From assembly GCA_963676795.2 (NCBI GenBank), contig CAXXTB010000002.1, positions 576,001 through 640,000 of the forward strand: a DNA stretch of 64,000 nucleotides, read 5' to 3'. The notes below the pieces were generated by a model. That model had not been told where the DNA came from. It saw nothing but the letters and a program-made list of their open reading frames with translations, and searched no databases. A program made the position numbers and the translations under genes. Of this stretch, positions 37,514 through 49,597 are shown piece after piece; position 1 is the stretch's first letter, and each line of letters begins with the position of its first letter. The DNA comes from Geopsychrobacteraceae bacterium (GTDB lineage Bacteria > Desulfobacterota > Desulfuromonadia > Desulfuromonadales > Geopsychrobacteraceae).

Positions 37514-37808
37514 ACCACTGAGGGTAATTGTTGAGTGCCATCGCAAGGATCTTCCCTCAGAGCAGAGGGGAGTACCCCGTATTCCCCGAGACTTTTGCTC
37601 TTGAGGAAAATCAGGAAGTGCGGAATTTTAAAACTCAGGATTTATGACCGATCGTTTGAATGACAAGCGAGAGCTATTTCTTCGTTTTCAAAAGTCGCAT
37701 CAAAATGGATTTTCAAATATCTAAGGGATTTTTTCTGGGCTGTTTTCTTTTCTGCGGACTTCGGGTTAAGCTGAGAACAGAGTTATCTGTCTGAAACAGG
37801 GAGGCCCC

Positions 37809-38513
37809 ATGCCCGTACTGAGTGGACCCGTTCTGATCGTTGAAGATGATAAAAACACTTCGAACCTGGTCGCCACTTATCTGCAGAAAGAGGGGTTCAA
37901 GACCCTTGCCGCTTTCGATGGCGAGCAGGCGCTGTTACTGGCAAAGCGCAATAACCCCTGCTTTGTTATTCTCGATGTGATGTTGCCGCGTCTCGACGGC
38001 TGGGAGATCTGCCGCCAACTGCGCAGGTTTTCCGATGTGCCGATCCTGATGCTGACCGCCCGCGAAGAGGAGATCGACCGGGTGATGGGCTTATCGATCG
38101 GAGCTGATGATTATGTCGTCAAGCCGTTCAGTCCGCGCGAACTGGTCGAACGGGTCAAGGCGATTCTGCGCCGGGTTCAGGCCCGTTCTCAGTCAGCCGA
38201 TCCGGTGCTGCGCTTTGAGGGACTTGAACTCGATCCGGTCAAGCTCAAGGTCAGTAAAAACGGTCAGGTTATCAACCTGACCACCTCCGAGTTCAAGCTG
38301 CTCCATTGCCTGATGGCTTCCCCCGGTCAGGTCTTCTCCCGCAACGAACTGCTCGACCGTTTTTACGATCACGGCGAGACTGTGGTCGACCGGGTCATCG
38401 ATGTGCATGTCGGTAAACTGCGCCAGAAGATCGAGGACAATCCTGCCGAACCACGGATGATTATCACCATGCGTGGCTTCGGCTACCGCTTTGCAGAAGC
38501 CGGAGAAGGCTGA
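37809..38513 (+). CDS. OmpR-family response regulator
   Basis: VEDD, LDVMLP, GADDYVVKPF, IDVHVGKLR, RGFGYRF. Confidence 0.95.
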   Translation: MPVLSGPVLIVEDDKNTSNLVATYLQKEGFKTLAAFDGEQALLLAKRNNPCFVILDVMLPRLDGWEICRQLRRFSDVPILMLTAREEEIDRVMGLSIGADDYVVKPFSPRELVERVKAILRRVQARSQSADPVLRFEGLELDPVKLKVSKNGQVINLTTSEFKLLHCLMASPGQVFSRNELLDRFYDHGETVVDRVIDVHVGKLRQKIEDNPAEPRMIITMRGFGYRFAEAGEG

Positions 38514-38517
38514 AGCC

Positions 38518-39588
38518 ATGCGCCTGCGCCTGCTCTGGAAATTGCTGCTGATCAATGTCCTGCCGGTCATCGGCGGAATCTTTCTGATCGTCTGGTTCGC
38601 CCTCGACAAGCTGGCAGCCAAGTATTTCATGGCGCTGATGAAGAAGTACGAGGTTGCCAGTGACGACATCCATCATATGTTTGTCAGCTCGATCCACTAC
38701 TACCTGGTCTGGGCCTGTCTTGCCGGATTGATTCTCGCTTTCCTGCTCAGTTTTCTGCTGACCCGCAGGGTATTGCGGCCGTTGTCGCAGATGACGGCTA
38801 TCACCCGGGAGGTCAGCGCCGGGAATTATTCCCTACGGGTCGCGACCAATAGCCAGGACGAGATCGGCGAGCTGGCCGTGGCCTTCAATCGCATGGCCGA
38901 CAGCCTGGAGAAGGTCGAACAGCTGCGCAAGAATATGGTCTCCGATGTCGCCCATGAACTGCGCACCCCGCTGACCAATCTGCGTGGTTACCTGGAAGCC
39001 TTTACCGACGGTGTCATCCCTCCGACTCCTGAGACCCTCGACATGCTGCAACAGGAGATCCTGCGCCTGGTACAGTTGGTGGAGAGCCTTCAGCAATTGG
39101 CCCGGGCTGACGCGGCCAGGGCCTTTCTCAAGCGCAAACCGCTGCGCCTGTCCGAACTGGTCGGTCGCCTGCTGGCTCTTCATCAGCTCAATGTTCAGGA
39201 GAAGGAGCTGCTGGTTGAGACCGATTTCTGTGGTGATGAACCTGAAATCCATGGGGATGAGGACAAGCTGCTGCAGGCCTTCCAGAGCCTGATGGAGAAT
39301 TGCATCAAATACACGCCACGCGCTGGTCGGGTTCAGATCCGGATCGCGCCTGATCCGGCCGGTATGCTGGTTGAGTTTGCCAACAGTGGGGCGGCGATTC
39401 CGGCTGCGGATCTGCCTTATATCTTTGAACGCTTCTTCCGGGCCGATCCGTCCCGTTCGCGGGAGAGCGGTGGTGGGGCCGGAATCGGACTGGCGATCAC
39501 CAAGGAGCTGATTGAAGCTCACGGCGGCCAGGTCGGAGCGCAGAGCGGCAGCGGTCTGACGCGCATCTGGGCGATCCTGCCTGCCTGA
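38518..39588 (+). CDS. HAMP sensor histidine kinase (BaeS-like)
   Basis: Two TMs with a short loop, HAMP, DVAHELRTPL, GAGIGLAI. Confidence 0.93.
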   Translation: MRLRLLWKLLLINVLPVIGGIFLIVWFALDKLAAKYFMALMKKYEVASDDIHHMFVSSIHYYLVWACLAGLILAFLLSFLLTRRVLRPLSQMTAITREVSAGNYSLRVATNSQDEIGELAVAFNRMADSLEKVEQLRKNMVSDVAHELRTPLTNLRGYLEAFTDGVIPPTPETLDMLQQEILRLVQLVESLQQLARADAARAFLKRKPLRLSELVGRLLALHQLNVQEKELLVETDFCGDEPEIHGDEDKLLQAFQSLMENCIKYTPRAGRVQIRIAPDPAGMLVEFANSGAAIPAADLPYIFERFFRADPSRSRESGGGAGIGLAITKELIEAHGGQVGAQSGSGLTRIWAILPA

Positions 39589-39612
39589 TTTTTCTCTTAC
39601 TTTTTCCCGTCA

Positions 39613-39631
39613 AATCTTTATTGAATCTTTA
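39613..39631 (+). promoter_or_regulatory. Tandem direct repeat, candidate OmpR-family binding site
   Basis: AATCTTTA-TTG-AATCTTTA, 11-bp period. Confidence 0.6.
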
Positions 39632-39728
39632 CAGACTCGTTTTTTCTGCTTTATCGCCGTTTCCTATGCTGTTGATCAGCGCAGGAGATCAGCTCCTGCA
39701 TAAACAGACAACAGAAATGGAGATATCT

Positions 39729-40016
39729 ATGAAAACTTCAGCAGTCATGTGCAGCGCAATCCTGTTGGCCGTTATGCTTTCATTTTCTGTCAACCCGCTC
39801 TTCGCCGATCAGATGGATACGATGAAAAAAGAGACCATGGAAGATACCGGCATGAAGAAAGAGTCGCAGCCCGTTTCGATGCAGGACAGCTCGATGAAAA
39901 TCGACGACATGCAGAGTGGCAAAGAAACCATGGAAAAGGACGGGATGAAAGCGATGTCAGAGGAGAAGGGAATGCAGATGGCGCCTGACGACATGAAAAA
40001 GGAGCACATGCAGTGA
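39729..40016 (+). CDS. Exported methionine-rich (MXKDX-like) protein
   Basis: Signal peptide ending LFA; 14 Met in 69 mature residues; GGAG RBS. Confidence 0.85.
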   Translation: MKTSAVMCSAILLAVMLSFSVNPLFADQMDTMKKETMEDTGMKKESQPVSMQDSSMKIDDMQSGKETMEKDGMKAMSEEKGMQMAPDDMKKEHMQ

Positions 40017-40094
40017 TTTTGTCGGGGGCTCTATCGTTGTACTATCTGTCTGATTTAAAATGGCTTTAGATCGGAACAACTTTAGGAGAGCGTT

Positions 40095-41123
40095 ATGAAA
40101 AGAATCATTCTGCTGACCCTGCTCATTCTGGTTGCCGGCGCGTCACTCGCAACGGCTGCGCCACTCGAGAAAGCCCTGTTCGCCGGTGGCTGCTTCTGGT
40201 GCATGGAGCCGCCCTTCGAAAAGCTGAACGGGGTCACGTCGGTCGTGTCCGGCTATGCCGGTGGCACGACGGCGAACCCGACCTATGAGGATTACGACAA
40301 GAACGGCCATATCGAGGTTGTCCAGATCAGCTTTGATCCGGCGATTGTCAGCTATCAGACCCTGCTCGATGTCTTCTGGCGGCAGATCGATCCGACCGAT
40401 GCCGGCGGCCAGTTTGTCGATCGCGGCCACGCCTATATTTCAACGATCTTTTACTATGATGATGAGCAGCGCCGCCTGGCCGAGGCTTCTAAGGCGGCCC
40501 TTGCCAAGAGCGGTCGCTTCGATCAGCCGTTGGTCACCCCGATCGCCCTCGCTCCGCCGTTTTATCCGGCAGAAAGCTATCATCAGGACTACTACAGGAA
40601 CAACAGTTACCGCTATAAATTCTACCGCTTCCGTTCCGGGCGAGACCAGTTCCTCGACAAGGTCTGGGGCGAAGATCGCGAGATCGGGCCTTACTCCAAA
40701 TCGGTGCTTAAAAAGAAACTGACTCCGCTGCAGTACCGGGTGACCCAGGAAGATGCAACAGAACCTTCCTTCGACAACCTTTACTGGGATCACAAGGAGC
40801 CGGGTCTCTACGTTGACATCGTCTCCGGTGAGCCGTTGTTCAGCTCCGTCGACAAGTACGATTCGGGCACCGGCTGGCCGAGTTTTAGCAAACCGCTGGT
40901 CGCTGAAAACGTCATCAAGGTGGACGCTGAAACCCTGATTTCCGAGGTGCGCAGCAGGGAGGCCGATTCTCATCTGGGGCACGTGATCCCTGACGGACCG
41001 CCGCCGGCGGGCCTGCGCTACTGTATCAACTCGGCTGCTCTGAAATTTGTCCCGGTGGCGGAACTGGCATCCACTGGGTATGGACAATTTCTCGTTGAGT
41101 TTCAGGCGCAAAAACAGCCGTAG
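40095..41123 (+). CDS. msrAB: Exported methionine sulfoxide reductase MsrA-MsrB fusion 1
   Basis: Signal peptide, [32 protein letters not shown]. Confidence 0.95.
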   Translation: MKRIILLTLLILVAGASLATAAPLEKALFAGGCFWCMEPPFEKLNGVTSVVSGYAGGTTANPTYEDYDKNGHIEVVQISFDPAIVSYQTLLDVFWRQIDPTDAGGQFVDRGHAYISTIFYYDDEQRRLAEASKAALAKSGRFDQPLVTPIALAPPFYPAESYHQDYYRNNSYRYKFYRFRSGRDQFLDKVWGEDREIGPYSKSVLKKKLTPLQYRVTQEDATEPSFDNLYWDHKEPGLYVDIVSGEPLFSSVDKYDSGTGWPSFSKPLVAENVIKVDAETLISEVRSREADSHLGHVIPDGPPPAGLRYCINSAALKFVPVAELASTGYGQFLVEFQAQKQP

Positions 41124-41141
41124 GTGATAAGGGGCTTAGGG

Positions 41142-42170
<1,029 letters not shown>

Positions 42171-42176
42171 TCATAT

Positions 42177-42215
42177 GCTCCGTTCCTCCCGTGAGTTTCC
42201 GGGGAGGAACGGAGC
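42177..42215. terminator. Hairpin between convergent genes
   Basis: GCTCCGTTCCTCCC-loop-GGGAGGAACGGAGC. Confidence 0.6.
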
Positions 42216-42221
42216 TGTGAA

Positions 42222-42932
42222 TCAGCCCCTCTGCGGGACGTCTTTGACAGCAAACTCCCAGAACGGATTGCGCCGCAGCAGCCATTCCTTTTCCAGCTCG
42301 CTGTAGGTCAGCGCCTTGTGGACCGACTGGCCGAGCTCGCAGGGGACGAAGGAAAGTTGCTCGACACCGAAGATGTCGTTGATGGTCTGCATCATCATCT
42401 GTTCCAGTTGATCGAGCAGGCCGATGCTGTAGCTGTGGCGCTTCTCGTTGCAGATTTTGACATCGAGGGAATGGTAGGCACGGCATTTGAACGGGCGCAC
42501 CACGTAGATCTGGCAGGCCCCCTGCTCATTGGCGAAAGGGCAGACCTTCTGGTAGTCGTGGGTCTGCAGGCCGGACACGTAATCGGCATGTTCCTTGAGT
42601 CGCTGCTCCCAGATTTCCAGTTCATCAGCTTTGTGCTCACGCAGATAGTTGACGATGTTGAAGATCTCGGCCGGCAGGGCGGAGACCCTGAATTCGCAGC
42701 ACTGGGTACAGCCAAGCTGGCAATCGAGAGAACAATCTTTGAGGTTGGGGGTGACGATTTCGTAGAAGCTGTCCTGCAGCTTGTAGAGTTCATGCATCAT
42801 CGCCGCCTTTGTCGCGACATTCCGTCCTTCGGCGTTCATGGCGTAGATACGGCCGAAGCTCTCTTCAAATGAGGTATTGATGGCCGTGACCATCTGCTCC
42901 ATGTTTTCTTCGCGTAAGATATTTTCTTCCAT
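42222..42932 (-). CDS. YkgJ/CxxCxxCC cysteine-cluster protein
   Basis: CQLGCTQCC, CPF, CQIYVVRPFKCRAY. Confidence 0.85.
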   Translation of the reverse strand: MEENILREENMEQMVTAINTSFEESFGRIYAMNAEGRNVATKAAMMHELYKLQDSFYEIVTPNLKDCSLDCQLGCTQCCEFRVSALPAEIFNIVNYLREHKADELEIWEQRLKEHADYVSGLQTHDYQKVCPFANEQGACQIYVVRPFKCRAYHSLDVKICNEKRHSYSIGLLDQLEQMMMQTINDIFGVEQLSFVPCELGQSVHKALTYSELEKEWLLRRNPFWEFAVKDVPQRG

Positions 42933-42997
42933 TCTGTTTCGTCCTTCCTGGGTGTAACCGGGGGGGGGGACTCCCCCCTCTGGAGCGGTCTTTACGG

Positions 42998-44194
42998 CTA
43001 AAGGGTGACCTCGATGTCGGCGATGACCTCGTTGGCGATTTTTCGGGCCTGATCGACGGAGTCGGCTTTGGCCAGGGCGACACCGAGGCGGCGCTTGCCG
43101 GAGATTTCCGGTTTGCCGAACAGGCGCAGCTGGGTGCCCGGGCGCTTGAGGGCTTTGCCGAGGTTGCCGTACTGCATCGCCCGGGATTCTCCCTCCACCA
43201 GCAGAACCGCTGAAGCTGACGGGCCGTAGAGAACAATCTTGGGGATCGGCAGGCCGAGAATCGCCCTGGCGTGGAGGGCAAATTCCGACAGTTCCTGGGA
43301 GATCAGGGTGACCAGCCCGGTGTCGTGCGGGCGCGGGGAGACTTCACTGAAGATGACGTGATCCCCTCTGACGAACAGTTCGACGCCAAACAGACCCCGG
43401 CCGCCAAGGTTTTCGGTCACCGCCCTGGCAATCTGCTGGGCGCGCTCCAGAGCGACCGGGCTCATCCCCTGCGGTTGCCAGGATTCCTGGTAGTCGCCTC
43501 GTTCCTGGCGGTGGCCGATCGGGGCGCAGAAGCTGGTCTGGATGTTGCCGTCACCGTCAGCATGGCGGATCGTCAGCAGGGTGATTTCAAAGTCGAAATC
43601 GACAAAGCCCTCGACGATGACCTTCCCTTTGCCGGCCCGGCCGCCCTCCTGGGCGTAATCCCAGGCCGCGTCGATGTCCTGTTCCTTACGAATCAGACTC
43701 TGTCCTTTCCCGGACGAGCTCATGATCGGTTTGACCAGGCAGGGCAGGCCGATGGTCGCGACGGCCTGATGGTATTCTTCCTTGTTCTCGGCAAATTGGT
43801 AGCGTGAGGTTGGCAGACCCAGTGTTTCTGCGGCCAGACGGCGGATTCCCTCGCGGTTCATGGTCAACTGGGTCGCTCTGGCCGTCGGTATGACGGTAAA
43901 TCCTTCCTGTTCGAGTTCGGCGAGGGTGTCGGTTGCAATCGCTTCGATTTCAGGGACGATATAGGCTGGGCGTTCCTGTTCGATGACAGCCCGCAAGGCT
44001 GCACCGTCGAGCATGGAAATAACATGGCTGCGATTCGCGACCTGCATGGCCGGAGCGTTAGGATAGCGATCTACGGCAATAACTTCACAACCCAGACGCT
44101 GTAATTCAATGACGACTTCTTTGCCCAGCTCACCGGAGCCGCACAGCAGCACGCGGGTAGCGCTTGGTGAAAAAGGGGTTCCAATTCTGGACAT
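42998..44194 (-). CDS. purT: Formate-dependent phosphoribosylglycinamide formyltransferase
   Basis: [49 protein letters not shown]. Confidence 0.97.
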   Translation of the reverse strand: MSRIGTPFSPSATRVLLCGSGELGKEVVIELQRLGCEVIAVDRYPNAPAMQVANRSHVISMLDGAALRAVIEQERPAYIVPEIEAIATDTLAELEQEGFTVIPTARATQLTMNREGIRRLAAETLGLPTSRYQFAENKEEYHQAVATIGLPCLVKPIMSSSGKGQSLIRKEQDIDAAWDYAQEGGRAGKGKVIVEGFVDFDFEITLLTIRHADGDGNIQTSFCAPIGHRQERGDYQESWQPQGMSPVALERAQQIARAVTENLGGRGLFGVELFVRGDHVIFSEVSPRPHDTGLVTLISQELSEFALHARAILGLPIPKIVLYGPSASAVLLVEGESRAMQYGNLGKALKRPGTQLRLFGKPEISGKRRLGVALAKADSVDQARKIANEVIADIEVTL

Positions 44195-44432
44195 AGGATT
44201 CAATCCTGCACTTCTAAAGATATTAGCGGTCTGTAAACATTTTTCGTCCGGCTAAGGTAAGTGAAACGATGAATTGCTACAAGGGAAAATATGGTTTATG
44301 ATTCAGGGCAGCCGTAAGCTGCCGGCTGATTTTGCCAGGAATCAGAAAAATCCACTGTCATTTGTTACACTATTTTCATGGATGTAAGTATTTGAATGAA
44401 AATCTGAGCAGGCTTGCGAGGAAACCCGTTGA

Positions 44433-47060
44433 ATGAAAGACGGTTTTTTCATGTATCGCCAGTTTTTGGAGGCCTGTCCGGACGCTGTTCTCCTGGTTCC
44501 GGCGGACGCCGTCAATCCCTGTTTTACCGATGTCAACAAGAGAGCTGTGGCGCTCTACGGCTATAGCCTGGATGAGTTCAGACATCTGCACCTGTCCGAT
44601 CTGCAACAGTCTGCGGAACCTGTCTCCTTATCTGCTGACACCTCCCCACTGCACGGTGTTCATCTGAGCAAAGAAGCGGTCCCATTTCCTGTCGAAATTC
44701 ACATTTCCAGCGTTGATATCGATGACAGAGAATTTTATCAGCTGATCGTCCGTGATTTAAGTCATGAAGTGGAACTCTTCAAGGCACTTAGGTTCAGCCA
44801 GGAGTATTTTCGTACCGCTTTTCACGCCAGCCCTGACTCGATCAATATCAATCGCCTAAGTGACGGCGTCTTCATCAAAGTCAATGCCGGTTTTACCCGG
44901 ATTATGGGCTATCAGCCGGATGAGGTGCTGGGCAGGTCCTCACTGGAACTCAACATCTGGAAAGACGAGGGCGATCGGCAGAAACTGTTGGCGCGGGTCG
45001 CTCAAACCGGGATCGTCGAAAACCTGGAAGCGCGCTTTGTGGCCAAGGATGGCAGTATCAAACACGGACTGATGTCAGCCCGGGTTATCGATATGAACGA
45101 TGAAAAGGTGATCCTTTCGATAACGCGTGATATCACCGAGCGCAGACATGAGCAGGAGGAGTTGCGACGGCAGTCCATCATTTTCGAAAAACTGACGCTG
45201 GCCGCCAAAGATGGAATCGTTCTGTTGAGCCCCGAGGGGGAAGTCGTCTTCTGGAACCCGGGGGCCGTGCAGATTTTTGGCTATAGTGCGGAAGAGATGC
45301 TGGGGCGGAATCTGCACCGGATTCTTGCCCCGGAGCCTTACCTCTCGAGGTTTCTGGACAACTTTCCTCATTTCGTCAATACGGGGGAGGGGGCTGCAGT
45401 CGGCAAGACGCTCGAACTCAAGGCTCTGCATAAAAGTGGTGAGATGATCGATATCGAACTGTCGGTATCGGCCTTCGAGCTGGACGGTTCATTTCAGGCC
45501 ATGGCCATTGTCCGTGATGTAACGACCAGGAAAAATCAGGAAGAGGAGATGGCCCTGTTGCACTTTGCTATAGAGCATACCAGCGAGGAAGTGCATCTGG
45601 TCAGTGCTTCCGGCCAGCTGATGTATGTGAATCGGGCTGCCTGCCGATCTTTGGGCTATGAGCGTTCAGAGCTGATCGGCATGATGATTACCGATATCGC
45701 ACCACGGCGGACCCCCGAGGTCTGGACTGATCACTGGCAGGAGCTGGAGAAGCGCAAGGTGATTTCTCTGGAAACCGTGCAGCAACGCAAAGATGGCAGC
45801 CTCTACCCTGTTTGGGTCACGGCCAACTACTTTGAATATGGCGGGAACAGGTACAATCTCGCCATGATCCTTGATCTGACTGAGATAAAACGCCAGGAAG
45901 AGGAAAAGCTGCAACTCGAGCGGCAGATGGTTCAGACCCAGAAGCTGGAAAGCCTGGGGGTGCTGGCCGGAGGCGTGGCCCATGATTTCAATAATCTGCT
46001 TGCCGCGATCATGGGTCATGCCGAATTGACCAAACGGCGCCTGCCTGAGGGGTCGAAGGCGATAGATAACTTGCTCCAGATTGAGCAGGCCGCAGCGCGT
46101 GCCGCCGACCTGGCCAGGCAGATGCTGGCCTATTCCGGAAGGGGTAAATTTGTTATCGAGACGATTGACCTGAACCAGGTCCTTCAGGAAATACTGCAGA
46201 TGCTCAAGGTCTCCATCCCTAAAAATGTTTCGCTCCGGTTTGAACCTCACTTTCCGTTGCCGGGTATCGATGCGGATGCAACCCAGATTCGCCAGATCAT
46301 CATGAACCTGGTCATCAACGCCGCTGAAGCGATCGGTAACAACAGTGGAACTATAAGCATCGCTACCGGCAGTCTTTTCTGTGATCAGGAGTGCTTGAAA
46401 AAGGCCTGTTTTAACGAGAATCTCGAGGTCGGTCCCTATGTCTACCTTGAGGTCGCTGATACCGGTTGCGGGATGGACGAAGCGACCCAGGCCAGGCTCT
46501 TCGATCCGTTTTTTACCACCAAGTTTACCGGTCGGGGCCTCGGCATGTCGGCAGTGATGGGGATTATCCGCGGTCATAAAGGAGCGATATCGGTCCGCAG
46601 CTCCAAAGGGGAGGGGACCGTCTTCAGGGTCCTGTTCCCGGCGTCCCAGGCTGAGATTCAGGGGATAACAGGAGCTGAACCGGTCGAAGACTGGCGAGGC
46701 TCAGGAACCGTGCTGCTGGTTGACGATGAGGCGGCGGTGCGTGGCATCTGCCGGCAGATGCTCGAAGAGCTCGGTTTTGATGTGCTTGTGGCGGATGACG
46801 GGAAAGAGGCCCTGGAGATTTTTATCCGTCATCCGGAGATTGTTCTGGTGCTGCTCGATCTGACCATGCCCAATATGGACGGGATCAGTTGCTTAACGGA
46901 ACTCCGGAATATCAATTCGCAGACACCGGTTATTCTCTCGAGTGGCTATAACGAGTCTGAAATCGTCAAAAAGTTCGGCAGCATCGGGGTTGCCGGTTTT
47001 GTGCAGAAGCCCTATCGACTGGGTGTGTTGACGGAAACGATCAGTCGCCTCTTTCATTAG
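44433..47060 (+). CDS. Cytoplasmic multi-PAS hybrid histidine kinase (CckA-like)
   Basis: About four PAS domains, GGVAHDFNNLL, GRGLGM, receiver LLDLTMP. Confidence 0.93.
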   Translation: MKDGFFMYRQFLEACPDAVLLVPADAVNPCFTDVNKRAVALYGYSLDEFRHLHLSDLQQSAEPVSLSADTSPLHGVHLSKEAVPFPVEIHISSVDIDDREFYQLIVRDLSHEVELFKALRFSQEYFRTAFHASPDSININRLSDGVFIKVNAGFTRIMGYQPDEVLGRSSLELNIWKDEGDRQKLLARVAQTGIVENLEARFVAKDGSIKHGLMSARVIDMNDEKVILSITRDITERRHEQEELRRQSIIFEKLTLAAKDGIVLLSPEGEVVFWNPGAVQIFGYSAEEMLGRNLHRILAPEPYLSRFLDNFPHFVNTGEGAAVGKTLELKALHKSGEMIDIELSVSAFELDGSFQAMAIVRDVTTRKNQEEEMALLHFAIEHTSEEVHLVSASGQLMYVNRAACRSLGYERSELIGMMITDIAPRRTPEVWTDHWQELEKRKVISLETVQQRKDGSLYPVWVTANYFEYGGNRYNLAMILDLTEIKRQEEEKLQLERQMVQTQKLESLGVLAGGVAHDFNNLLAAIMGHAELTKRRLPEGSKAIDNLLQIEQAAARAADLARQMLAYSGRGKFVIETIDLNQVLQEILQMLKVSIPKNVSLRFEPHFPLPGIDADATQIRQIIMNLVINAAEAIGNNSGTISIATGSLFCDQECLKKACFNENLEVGPYVYLEVADTGCGMDEATQARLFDPFFTTKFTGRGLGMSAVMGIIRGHKGAISVRSSKGEGTVFRVLFPASQAEIQGITGAEPVEDWRGSGTVLLVDDEAAVRGICRQMLEELGFDVLVADDGKEALEIFIRHPEIVLVLLDLTMPNMDGISCLTELRNINSQTPVILSSGYNESEIVKKFGSIGVAGFVQKPYRLGVLTETISRLFH

Positions 47061-47182
47061 GGGGGGGGGCTGGCTTATTATCGCACTTCGGTGTTATCCT
47101 CGGTCATTCGGGCTGTTGCTGACGTAATATTAACGCCGGATTATCACTGTCGACCGGAAGTTGTTCCCTGAAATGGAGGGTT

Positions 47183-47983
47183 ATGGATCTGGCATTATTC
47201 AATATGCAGCAGAGGGTACAGGTTCGCGCTCTCTTTCTTGCCGAGCGTATTCAGCTCAAGGATTTTGAAAAGGCTCAGAGCCTGGCGAAAAAGCCGTTGC
47301 TGCTGACCGCCGGAAGTTCCGGTTGTGCGGCGCTGTTTCGCTATGGTGCGGTGGTCGTCTTCGGCCTGACGGCCATCGAAGAAACGACCTTCCTCGACAG
47401 TCTCAAGCCTTACCTCGAGGAGCCTTTTGAGCAGTTGCTGGGCGAGGAGATTGTACTCTGTCTCGAACCTGACCAGAAAGAAGGGGTTGATGGCGGTACC
47501 ATTACGGTCAATACCTTTTCCGTGGAACATCTGCAGGTTATCGCCGAGGTTCTGGCCCGCAGCCTGGTCCTGGAACGTTACGAGACGGTCGTCGCCCGCA
47601 GCTTTCAGCGCATTGAACCTCTGGCCGAAACCCTGCAGCAGTCGGGCCGTCCCGGTTCCAAGGGGCGGGACCTGTTGCGTCATATCGGCGACACCCTGTC
47701 GATCCAGGGGCGGATGGTCGGCCGGGTTGAGATCAAGGAAAAGCCGGATCTGCTCTGGTACTACCCGGAACATGAACGCATCTATCAGCGGCTGGTTGAT
47801 GAATACGAACTCGACGATCGCCATCTGGTGCTTGAGCACAAGCTCGATCTGCTCTCGCGCACGGCGGAAACCCTGCTCAGTCTGCTGCAGAACAAACGCA
47901 GCCTGCGGGTCGAATGGTATATCACCCTGCTGATCGTGCTGGAGATCCTGCTGACGCTTTACGAACTGTTTATCAGACACTGA
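47183..47983 (+). CDS. RMD1/DUF155-family protein
   Basis: LFRYGAVVVFG, KPDLLW, EYELDDR, RVEWYITLLI C-terminal TM. Confidence 0.85.
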   Translation: MDLALFNMQQRVQVRALFLAERIQLKDFEKAQSLAKKPLLLTAGSSGCAALFRYGAVVVFGLTAIEETTFLDSLKPYLEEPFEQLLGEEIVLCLEPDQKEGVDGGTITVNTFSVEHLQVIAEVLARSLVLERYETVVARSFQRIEPLAETLQQSGRPGSKGRDLLRHIGDTLSIQGRMVGRVEIKEKPDLLWYYPEHERIYQRLVDEYELDDRHLVLEHKLDLLSRTAETLLSLLQNKRSLRVEWYITLLIVLEILLTLYELFIRH

Positions 47984-48016
47984 CAACAAACCCAATCTAC
48001 AAATTTTCCCGATAAG

Positions 48017-49114
48017 TTGCTTATGCACGGTGATATTTTTCTCCTCATTGTTTTTGTTCTGCTGGCGCTGCTGGTTTCATTTCTCTGCTCGATCGCTGAA
48101 ACGGTCCTGTTGAGTGTCACGCCCTCGTACATCGAAGGTCTCAAAGTGGTTAAGCCGAAACGGGCGAAGCTGTTGGAACGGCTCAAAATCTCCCAGCTCG
48201 ATCGCTCTCTGGCCGCGATCCTGACGCTGAACACCATCGCCCACACCATCGGTGCCATCGGGGCGGGGGCCAAGGCGACAAGCGTTTTCGGCAGTACCTG
48301 GTTCGGCGTCTTTTCGGCCTTTATGACCTTTATGATCCTGTTTTTCTCGGAGATTGTGCCAAAGACGATTGGTGCCGTTTTCTGGCCCAGGCTGACATTT
48401 GCTGCGGCCATGTTTGTTTCGTTTCTGATCGTTACCCTGTATCCGGTGGTCTGGCTGTCCGAACTGGTGACCCGGTTGCTGGTGCGTGGGCGGAATATTC
48501 ATCTGTTCAGTCGCGAAGAATTTATCGCCATGATGAAGATCGGTGAACGCTCCGGTGGGATTCAGCGCAATGAATCGCGGATCATCCGCAACCTGCTGAA
48601 ATACGATTCCCTGCGCATTGACGAAATCATGACACCGCGTACGGTGATTTCAGCCCTGCCGGAAAGTGCCTGTGTCGACGAGATTCTTGATTTGATCACG
48701 GACTCCCCGTTTTCCCGACTGCCGGTTTATCGGGACAGCCTGGATGATGTGAGCGGTTTTGTCCTTAAGGCGGACGTGCTGGCGGCCAAGGCCAATGGTG
48801 ATAACAGCGCGACGCTGTCGGAACTGAAGCGGGAGATCCTCACAGTTCCTAAATCCCTGCAGCTGTCGGTTTTGTTTGACCGTCTGTTGCGCGGACGGCA
48901 GCACATTGCTCTGGTGATCGATGAATACGGCGGTACCAGCGGTGTGGTGACTCTGGAGGATCTGCTCGAAACCCTCCTGGGGATGGAGATCATGGATGAA
49001 ACCGACAGTGTCGAGGATATGCGTTTGCTCGCTCAGGTCAAATGGATGGAACGGGCTGCGGCACTCGGTATTCACCATGAAAAAGGTGGCGCAGGACGAA
49101 AGCCGGGCCGCTAG
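48017..49114 (+). CDS. CNNM/DUF21-CBS domain membrane protein
   Basis: SFLCSIAE, ILTLNTIAHT, SEIVPKT, IMTPR, FSRLPV, DEYGGTSGVVTLED. Confidence 0.92.
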   Translation: MLMHGDIFLLIVFVLLALLVSFLCSIAETVLLSVTPSYIEGLKVVKPKRAKLLERLKISQLDRSLAAILTLNTIAHTIGAIGAGAKATSVFGSTWFGVFSAFMTFMILFFSEIVPKTIGAVFWPRLTFAAAMFVSFLIVTLYPVVWLSELVTRLLVRGRNIHLFSREEFIAMMKIGERSGGIQRNESRIIRNLLKYDSLRIDEIMTPRTVISALPESACVDEILDLITDSPFSRLPVYRDSLDDVSGFVLKADVLAAKANGDNSATLSELKREILTVPKSLQLSVLFDRLLRGRQHIALVIDEYGGTSGVVTLEDLLETLLGMEIMDETDSVEDMRLLAQVKWMERAAALGIHHEKGGAGRKPGR

Positions 49115-49566
49115 GAGCGGACGGGTTCGCCGATATCCTCATTCCAGATCTCCGGGGTTTCGGCAATAAAGCGCTTCATCAGCTCACGGCAGCCGGGATC
49201 GTTCAGTACGACCAGCTCGACCCCGCGTTCGCGCAGTAATTGTTCCTCTCCGACGAAGGTCTGATTTTCTCCGATGACCACCCTGGGGATCTTGTAGAGC
49301 AGGATCGCCCCGGAGCACATGGCGCAGGGCGATAAGGTCGTGTAGAGGGTGGCCCGCTGATAGTCTTCTGCCTTCAGGCGCCCTGCGTTCTGCAGCGCGT
49401 CCATTTCACCGTGGAGGATCGGGTTGCCGCCCTGAATCCTGCGGTTATGGCCCCGGCCGACCACCTTTCCGTCAATGACCAGCACCGAACCGATCGGGAT
49501 GCCGCCTTCAGCGTAGCCCTGTTTCGCTTCGTCAAGAGCGATTTGCATGAAATATTGATCGGTCAT
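49111..49566 (-). CDS. Cytosine/nucleoside deaminase (yeast FCY1-like)
   Basis: EGGIPIGS, HGE, SPCAMC, WNEDIG. Confidence 0.88.
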   Translation of the reverse strand: MTDQYFMQIALDEAKQGYAEGGIPIGSVLVIDGKVVGRGHNRRIQGGNPILHGEMDALQNAGRLKAEDYQRATLYTTLSPCAMCSGAILLYKIPRVVIGENQTFVGEEQLLRERGVELVVLNDPGCRELMKRFIAETPEIWNEDIGEPVRS

Positions 49567-49597
49567 GGTCCCTTCTCCTTTGACATTTATCGGGTGG

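Noticed and set aside
47060..47069. G10 run (another G-run near 42960) as a phase-variation tract
   Set aside because: Both lie just after stop codons, with no evident effect on a frame or promoter; the 42960 run is part of a hairpin
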